A stretch of DNA of 64,000 bases from the human T2T-CHM13v2.0 reference genome, Homo sapiens. Where the stretch lies: NCBI RefSeq assembly GCF_009914755.1, contig NC_060944.1. The stretch is one strand, 5' to 3'. Shown in pieces: positions 54,895 through 64,000 of this stretch. Both the position numbers and the translations under genes were made by a program. The notes below the pieces were generated by a model, which saw only the letters and a program-made list of their open reading frames with translations, made no database searches and was not told where the DNA came from. The number at the start of each line of letters is the position of its first letter. Position 1 is the stretch's first letter.

Positions 54895-55380
54895 CATGAA
54901 AACACTTTTTAAGTCTCTGCTTGTGTTGCATTTACTAAGTTTCATTGGCCAAAGCAAGTCACATGGCCAAGTTTAGAGTCAGTGTGGGAGGAGACTAACC
55001 AAGGGAATGGATACAGGGAGATATGAACAAAACATGGATCCAATTTCCTACTACAGGCCCCTCTGACAGTTACAACTTATCTGTGTTGTCCCATCAAAGG
55101 GTGAGGAGGCTGGGATGTTTAACCTCCAGCTACCATTTCTTCTTGGTTGATGGTTGCTCCTGGGGAACTTCAAATCTCTCATACTTCTGCCTGCTGTAAG
55201 TAGACCAAGCATGCTTCCACTGCCAGAGAACACCCTCAGGAGAGCGGTGCCTGAAAGACATTGGCATCTGTATGTACTCTGTACAGGTGACCTCCAGGGT
55301 GGACCAAGGGAAGGCAGGCAGTGCATCAATATCATGTGCTACACAGAGGACCTAAAGTTACATAAAATTGAGGTTCGTCA

Positions 55381-55782
55381 GAGGCTAGAAAGAAACAGTT
55401 TGTGAGTGAGGCTGTATGTCAGATCCCCTCTACGTGTCTCATTACCTAGATGTCACTCTAGACTTGATATAAATCAGTGGTTCAGTCTTTAGGGGGTACA
55501 TCATAGTTTGAATCCCATTGTGGACTGTTAGCCCAGCCCTAAAATAGTTGGTGTTTGTGGCTAATCCCTCATAGGAGTGTCACACAATCTAGTTGTCTGT
55601 CTCATTCAGTCTGGAAAGCTGGTTCAATTGTATCAACAATGCATTGTCTAAACCACAGCCAGTAAGCAACAAGGCTCAAATGCTTTTTGCAATAGTTGTT
55701 AGGCACATAAACATAGTGTTTGATCTGCTTTCCCTCATGTATAAAATGAAGGGTTAAACGAATGTCTTTCTAGGATCCGTTC
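55381..55782. repeat. Composite duplicated block (direct copy of 56687-56850 + inverted copy of 53168-53413)
   Basis: 55381-55546 aligns to 56687-56850; 55547-55782 aligns to the reverse complement of 53168-53413. Confidence 0.93.
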
Positions 55783-56686
55783 GCGCTGATTACAGACAAA
55801 TGGGAGTGCTCCATGTAAACAAGTCCAGAAAGTTTTTGTGATAGATTTAATATATAGTGCATGTGAGGCCGTGACTGTCAGCAGAAGGAAAGTCTTCACA
55901 AAGCAGGCAATAATACATTGAGGTAAATTTACAATGAGGCTTATAATTTCAAGAGGTTTAAAGGAAGAGGTTTATAAAGAAAACCACAGGATGTGCAATG
56001 AAATGGGCACGGTTTTTCGGAGGATTGCAAGTAGTTTTGTCTGTCTAGATGACAAGAGACTGGGAGATGAGGCCAAAGAAGTGACCTGGGGTCAGTTCAT
56101 GACCAGTCACCCATACTATGCTGAGGAATTTGGATTTTGCAGGTAGGTGGAAGGAGGCATCGAAGGGTACTTGGGAAGTGTGGCAGGATGGCCACATACA
56201 GGACATCCTAGGATAAGAAGTTGAGCTAATAGTGACTTGGAGAAGCCTTGATCTCTGCCTGGTTTCTTTGTCCTGTGGAATCACTAATTCTGGCAACAAG
56301 TAGCACATCATTTAATAGATGATGCCACTAGGAAGTCAGGTTATATGTCTTTGATTCCATTGTCACTGGATGATGGCATCAGTGATACTAATGGCTTGAT
56401 TAATTATTGTCCTTGTAGTCACACTGAACGGCTGGTAGAGCAGCCAGTTCTATCCATGAAATTTAGTCCAGCTAAGAACAAAACAATTAAATGCACCTCC
56501 CCTGACATATAAATATATGAATGCAGAACAAATCCCGTAACTTAGAAGCCAAGAAGAAAAGAAAGAACAGTGGTGTATCACCATGATCCTAGCTCACCTA
56601 ATAGGCACATTACTCCCTGATATTCCAAAGAAATAATGCTCATTTTTAATTTTTTCTTTCTGGGATGATATATGGAAATGTTGCCT

Positions 56687-56850
56687 GAGGCTAGAAAGAA
56701 AGTTTGTGAGTGAGGCTGTATGTCAGATAACCACTACCTGTCTCATTATCTGGGTGTCATTCTAGACTTGATATAAAACAGTTGTTCAGTTCTTAGGGGG
56801 TACATCATAGTTTGAATCCCACTATGGACAGTAAGCTCAGCCCTAGAATA
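56687..56850 (+). repeat. Likely source of the direct duplicate at 55381-55546
   Basis: GAGGCTAGAAAGAAA..GTTTGTGAGTGAGGCTGTATGTCAGAT...GGGGTACATCATAGTTTGAATCCCA shared. Confidence 0.93.
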
Positions 56851-57948
56851 ATGGATAACCATGGACAACACAAGCTGCTTCATACTGTTTTCCTGCTTAT
56901 GGGGAAGAGTGGATCCTGGAATTACAGAAGAGAATTGAGCATTATCCGTGGAGAACAAATGCTTAGGAATGGCATAGGAGTAGGCAGGGCTGGCTTACAG
57001 CCAAGTGTACTGAGTGCTAAGTCAGTGACTTACCCCTCTCTCCCCTAGTTTCCCTTCCACACAGCCTCTTACAAATCAGCTAATTACAGAAGAACATTCA
57101 TACATGAGTTCTTATTTTATTAACAAGTGTGTGTTGAGCCCTATGAAGATGAGGCACATTGAAAGGGGTTGATTCTACAGACAGAAAGATAACAGGTTCA
57201 AGTTTATGCCCAAGGAAAAGCACACTTATAGTTCTATAGTTCTATAGTCTAGTTTATAAGAATTCATACAATCTGAGGTCTCTATTTTGCTATTGCAAAT
57301 GTCTACTTTATGTGTTGGGGTGTGACAAACTGTTTTAGCAATTGGTCTCTCGTTCTAAATGCAAAGGACCTTCTCAGACCATGCTAACCTGGTGACACAT
57401 CCTAATAAGTTGAGGCTGAATGAGATCTTTTGTCACATCTGGTTACTCAAAGACATGATGTCCTCACTCCACAGGCCTTGTGCTATTGAGAGAGGAGCTG
57501 AAGTCACACATAAATAATTTAGGCTCCTCCACTGCATGAAAAGCATCTGTTTAAGGAGCTGTCAAGCTGTCCACCTCTCTAGTGAAAACATATTTACTTT
57601 ATTCATCTAAATAATGTGGCTTGTTTGCCTTCTGTGTGAAATTGTCTTGCACTGTTTCTCATTGGTGGGTTTTATGGGACAGCATATGATTTTCTGTGCA
57701 TCCATATGCCACTCTACCTCTGGGAATGGAATGGCTTCTTGTTCAGTAGTTTTGATTATTATAGCCCTTTATAGCTTATGAGTCATTGGGTTTACTCAAA
57801 ATGTCCAGCTCCTCATTCTCATTTTTTTCTCTATGGCCCAGCCATGCCCGTCCTGAAAAATTTTTAAAAAGGAATAATAAAAATAAATAAATAAAAGTCA
57901 TGTACTCTATATTTCATTTCCAATGAGTTGCTTCTTGTTTGGGTAATT

Positions 57949-58273
<325 letters not shown>

Positions 58274-58449
58274 TAAGTTGTGTTTTTTTAGTTATTTGGC
58301 ATTCTCACACTTGGATGCTCAGAAACATGTGAGCAAATAGCACTGAATGTACCCACAATTATGTCTTGTGCTCAGTTTGTAAGTCACTATTACGTAGGTG
58401 AGACCAGAGCAGTTACTGTGAAGTGGAGGTAGCTGCATTTAAGACTGTG

Positions 58450-59040
58450 AACAGCGCATCAAGAAGCACACACCACAACGTGTGTAATGCCCCTGCCATG
58501 ATACATCACTTCAATCTAATGATGAGAAAGCAGATGATCCCAATTGAGAGACAGTCTGCAAAATAACTGGCCTGTACTCTTCAAAAGTATTAACGTCATA
58601 AAAGAAAGACAGATAGACTAAGAAACTCTTCCAAATTAAAAAAAGAAATGACAACCACATGCAACATGTGATCTTGGATTGAACTTTGGGCCAGATTTTT
58701 TATTTTTTTTTCCATAAAGGATGCTATTAAGACAGTTGGCAACATATCAGTGATGTCTGTAAATTAGAAAATGATATCACATTAGAGTTAACTTTCTGAT
58801 GTTGATACTTATACTGCCTTTTTCTTAGAAAACACACACACACCATCTACAACTTATTCTCAAATGATTCACCAAAGTAATACGTATATGTAGGAAAATA
58901 ATTTTTTAAATGCAGTAAAATGTTAACAATTGGGGACTCTGGGTGACATGGCTATATGAGTTATTTTCACTATTCTTGCAACTTTTCCATAAGTCTGAAA
59001 TTATTTCAAAAGTAAAAAAATTACTGCTAAAAGAAAAAAT
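58450..59040 (+). mobile_element. L1MC-type 3' end
   Basis: CAAAATAACTGGCCTGTACTCTTCAAAA...ACTATTCTTGCAACTTTTCCATAAGTCTGAAATTATTTCAAAA. Confidence 0.75.
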
Positions 59041-61218
59041 GTGTACATTGATGCAAAACTAACATTGAGGTCTCTCCCTCTATGAAATAGAGCTGGGTTA
59101 AACTTTGTCACCAACAATGGGTTTCTGTCCCAGCTCTGCCACTATAGAGCAGTGTGACCACATCCACATAATTCAACTTTTTGAACCTCATTTTTCTCAT
59201 CTATGTAATCCAGATGTCAACTAGAAATACCTGGACCCTTGAGATGTAGATAAGATCCACTCAAATCCCCATAATGTACCCTGTAGAAGTCTTAACCCTT
59301 CCCAATATTCCTTTAAATTCTAGGAGTGGAGCTAGATTTTCATTTTACTTCTGGATACAGTTTTCTACTTCTACCAAAACTTTCCAGTTAATAAATTATG
59401 TCTCCTTCCTACCCAAACAATCATTCTTCACAATGGTTACTCAAGTGTAAAATTCAGCCAACTCCCTTGATTTCCCTTCACCAAAAAACTCTTACCATTC
59501 ACCCAAGGCATCTGTGACTAGAATGTATTTTCCTGAAGATGTCACAGGTGCCAGGAGGGGATTTATGTTGCAAACACAAAGAACTTTAAGTAAGCACTTG
59601 CTTTGAGGAGTCATTTCATCCCCTCATCACTGGGCACGGGCGGTGGCCTCTTCCTGCCCAGCCTCACATTTCTTGCCAGATCCTCGCCACCTTCTTTTAT
59701 CTGCCCCTTGGTTTCTTTAGTATCTCCTCCTCTCATGGGTGTGGGCAGATTCTTCCCAGGCAGAGCAGGTCAGATCTCCTTGCTCTCTAGGCACCCATGA
59801 CCTCAGGTACCCACCAACCATCACAGAATTATCCCAAATAGAGACAGTTTCCTCCCGAAGAAGAGCTCAGATGATTACATTCTCACCCTCAGAGTCTCTG
59901 CAAAGTGAGACATAGTGCTAGATACACGTGGAGGTCATCTCCAGTGGAAATATGCTGAGATTCTATGAAGTGCACCTGCTTTAAAAAAATGGAAATTACT
60001 TTTTCAAGCAGACAGATATCAAACACAAGTTCCTTTCCTCTAGCCTTGTTATCTGTGTGGAATTTAATAGGGTACCAATAAGGTTTCACTAACAAATTAC
60101 ACTTTATACGACCTTGCCAAATGCAGCATTCTTGTGGGTTATTCTAGCTTTTTAAAGGGATATCTTGCTTGTGAAGATACTAGCATGTAATTTTCTAGCT
60201 TAGACATCTACTTTTCACCCCCTTTTCTCCTTTATTTAGAAATAACTCTGAACCCAAAGCTGATGTTTGGGAGTAGTTAACTTCTTCTCTTGTTTTCTAT
60301 AGCTGCTCCAAAGAGCTTGGACCTGACTACAGACCAAAGTAACAGAGAATGCTAGCCTCATCTGTAATTGATAGGATTTTTTTTTTTGCTAGAATATCTG
60401 AGAGTATTTTTACCTCGTGTTCAATCTCATGAGTTTCTTTTCATTCCATATCTCTTATGATGTGCCTTCTGTCTTGTGCTTAGCAGAGTCCTAGACAGCT
60501 CAGAGCTAACAAGTGCAATGTGCATCACTCATTGGATCACAGATTGAGTTTGGCCAGCACAATGCTTTCAATCTGTTTGACTTGTGGAGGAGCACGTACC
60601 CTCCAGTTTACCACAATCCTCACCACTTTCTATTGTCTTTTACCTGATTCGCTTAGTTAGACAGCCTGCTTGACCCCCAATATATTAAATGTCTTACCAA
60701 TGCCCAAAGAACTCCATAACCTTAGTCATCCACACTGAATAGCACAACTACTTAATAACTCTTGCTAGAATCTAGAACCTCCTGATCTTTTTAATTTACT
60801 CAGCAGGTATCTATGACATGATACTCTGCACCTAGGACATGAGCAAAACCGGTGTTGTCCCCATAGAGCTTGCAATCCAGGCATTCCGAGGACTGTGTTC
60901 TGAGAGATAATTCTTTCCAGCATACCAAGATAATTTTGAAAGATGAATATTTAGGCAACATGTCAGTACCTCAATTTTCTTTTTCATTTAAGATTCTTCT
61001 GCTCCCTACTACTGTATTCGAAACCAGCCTAGTGGATGGCTCTTCCTATAAGCAAGAACTATTTCCTTACTATAAAGTGTGTACAATCCACTTGGCTGTG
61101 GGTTGGAGCGGCTCTATTAGAATTGACTGGGGATATTCAGTTGGAGGTTGACAATGAGAACACGACAAGGCAGATGATCAGAGAAATTACAGTAATTACT
61201 CACAATCAGTCTTCGATA

Positions 61219-61276
61219 GTAAGTCACAAAATTAAAAAGGAGAATGTAAGTCACAAACGTAAAAAGGAGAATGTAA
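61219..61276 (+). repeat. 27-bp tandem duplication
   Basis: GTAAGTCACAAA(AT/CG)TAAAAAGGAGAAT x2 + GTAA. Confidence 0.9.
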
Positions 61277-62911
61277 AAGTATGAACCAAGAGAGGTTCCA
61301 TGTTCCTGGTTTAACAGTGGAATAGTAAATGCAGGATATCCTCCAGAAAATGCCTGAATGAATGGTGCCTCTACTCTCTGCTATGGAAGTTAGTTGGGTC
61401 CAACGCATTCCATGGGGGACGTGGTCCAAAGTGGACCTGAAGAGTGTGGTCTGTCCCCTAGTGGTCCTAGGCTGTCAATCAGACTATCCCATCCTTGCCT
61501 GGGAGAGCAGCTGTTGTTTCACTGATGATAAATAATTCTGCTTGAAAAAAAAAAAGTGGTTTCTCTTTAGTGATGGAAATAGATACTTAATTTGTGTTTT
61601 AGATTAGACATAGTCACTCTTATGTTGTTGATAATTAAGAAATAAAATCACTCTGGAAGTTGTTCTTCTCTCTCCCTTTGCTCTGAAGTTGAAACTCAGG
61701 CCTGTCTATTAGGTACCTTTAGAATTATCACTGAGATCATTTTACCTTGCACACAATCCAGGGAAATCAGTAATCATCTCTGGGCAGATATCAGTAATGT
61801 GCAAAACCCATTTCCTACTTGACTTGGAAGGAGAAAGAAATGTTAGGAAGAGTGAAAAATGAATGGGGAAAAAGAACACATCAGTTCTTCTCCACATGGT
61901 CTCTCATCCTCCAGCAGCCTACCCCAGACCTAAATTCAAATGAGCTTCCCTTTCTCTCCCATCCCTACTCCTGGGCATCATGTTCTGCCTATAAGAGATT
62001 GCATGCAATTGAAGGAAATAAAGAACGGTCTCTGAGAAAGTCAATAAAATGCAGAGCTTATCCCTGTTGGTAAAATTCAGGTCCCCAAATGAAATGGACA
62101 AGCAATTATCAACTGAGCCAGTTTTCAATCCTTGGTGATTGTTTCGTCTGCCAGTTTTTGTTTCTTAAACCTCTTGACAGCAGTCCCTCTTACAAATAAA
62201 ATTATAAAAATCCTATATAGCAAATGATGTCCAGTGTTCTACCAAACTAGATCCCGACTAAGCCTGACTGAGGACCATGAAAACCAGCACAGTGGACAAA
62301 CACAAAGAAAGCAGCCAAAGGAAAAGTGAAGAGTCTGATCCGGGAAGCCTTAACTGTTCTGAGGGTTCTGAATCCATTTGAGAATCTGTAATAAGCAGTA
62401 GACTCTCCTGAGAACAAGCGAATGCACAGATGCACAAAATTTGGAATGGAGGCCATGCCAAGGTCACAGACCCTCTGGAGCATCTACAGATTCCCTAAGG
62501 GAAGAGAACTCTAGTGTTTAAAAGAAGCAGGAAATAGGCTCCATGAGAATTTAACACTTCTTTTTATCTGTTCACAATTGGTTGCCAGTTCCCTGGAGTT
62601 CCCTACTGCTGGGAAAATGGAGTGTGTGGGTTCAGAGAGGTGCTATAGCTTGGAGCCATAGTTTTCAATGGGAAAAGGAAGTAAGAGGAAAAGAAAGAAG
62701 ACAATGAGAAGTGTTGCTGAGATCCATACATTTTTGTGGCATAATGAGAATTTCTAAAAACTCTGCAAGTCTGACTTAGCAGCATTATTATACTGTCACC
62801 CAGCCTGAATCTTCAAGCTGACAATTTGCTGCGAGTTCTTCGTTCACTTCTTTTTCTCCTTCCTTCTGGAACCATGCATATTTTGCCTTAAGAGAACAAA
62901 GTGATGATATA

Positions 62912-62918
<7 letters not shown>

Positions 62919-62948
<30 letters not shown>
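62919..62948 (+). repeat. (GT)15 microsatellite
   Basis: Uninterrupted GT run. Confidence 0.97.
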
Positions 62949-62950
<2 letters not shown>

Positions 62951-63957
62951 CAATGAAGAAAACATTTCAAAACATACTAAATGCCCGCAGTATGAGAGGC
63001 TTCTTACTAGGATACTCAGGTGAATGTTTGGGAATCTACCACTGTGTTCAATATGTCTTTGCTATTTGCAAGATTTGCAGTCTACTTAAGAATCTCAGGA
63101 ATGCATCGATCAGCCTTACATCCTTGAGGTCTGTGTAGGCAGCAAGTACCTTATACTACTGTAAGTCACATAGCATCTGTCTTTCTCTCCCTGCGGTGGA
63201 GCTTATGATTGCACAAAGCTCTTAAGCAGCTGCTTCTCAGATGCTCAGAAGACAGTGGATCTTGGGTCTGCACTCCAAAAGCAAGAGACAAAAAAGGCCC
63301 AGAAAAATAACCAATGCCTACAGGTTAGTCTTTTGTTAGGTTCATGATCAGTCAATTTACCTGTTTATTGCATAAGAGTAAGCTCGTCAGAGGTTCAAAT
63401 TTTAGCTTTATGAGACCAATTAGCTCCATTTTCTTTCATAGCCAAGAAAGAATCCCAAAGAATCCAGACTCAAGGGTCCCAAGATCACAGCAGTGGGGAT
63501 GTCACCCATCAACCTGGCTGTCCTTGAGTCCCACTCATCTCCATCAGGAATTCCAGGCCAAAATCTCATGGATTCCTAGTCATGGTTACAAAGGGGCTGG
63601 GACGTAGAGTAGGACCACCACACAAGCAGTGTGGATTTACACTCAGGAGAGCTGGGATTTCTGCAGAGAGCTCCCATTCATCTGGTCAGGCCCTGGCACC
63701 CCCTGAGCCACAGTGTCTTCTCTAAAAAAATGAGGCAGCTAGACCAAGCCAGGTATGCAACTCAGTAGCCTAAGGTAACACAACCGTGGAAAGGGAGCTT
63801 AGTGTGTGACCATAGGAAGTGCAGGGGTAGGTGGGTTCTGATTTGAAACTAGGAAATACATGACCTTTCTGAGGTCATTCAAATTTAAATTTTAAAATAT
63901 TTTTACATTTTTAACTTGCATCTTGGAAATAATTTAGACTTTAAAAATGTTGCATTA

Positions 63958-64000
63958 AGTCGGGCGCGGTGGCTCACGCCTGTAATCCCAGCACTTTGGG
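63958..64000 (+). mobile_element. Alu 5' end (runs off the window)
   Basis: CGGGCGCGGTGGCTCACGCCTGTAATCCCAGCACTTTGGG. Confidence 0.93.

Overview
Primate DNA (human or a close great ape), repeat-rich and mostly non-coding. It covers about 41.7 kb upstream of PCSK2 (prohormone convertase 2), its CpG-island promoter, coding exon 1 (42044-42220, 59 codons, signal peptide plus start of the prodomain) and the first ~22 kb of intron 1. I found no exon 2 in the window. The rest is L1, L2, MIR, Alu, LTR and DNA-transposon relics, plus a U1 snRNA retrocopy. The most unusual structure is a ~2.6 kb chimeric retrocopy at 2172-4740: a full-length U6 snRNA fused to a partially spliced, intronically polyadenylated KRAB-only transcript from a ZNF141/ZNF718/ZNF732-like gene. 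Other notable items: a composite templated insertion in intron 1 built from one direct and one inverted copy of nearby DNA; a 98-bp dispersed duplication carrying a perfect 16-bp palindrome; an 84-bp minisatellite; a foreign insert inside an Alu; a zero-spacer RE1-like site; and two uORFs. I see no evidence for a new multi-gene system. Repeat subfamily names come from recalled consensus sequences and need RepeatMasker/Dfam confirmation.
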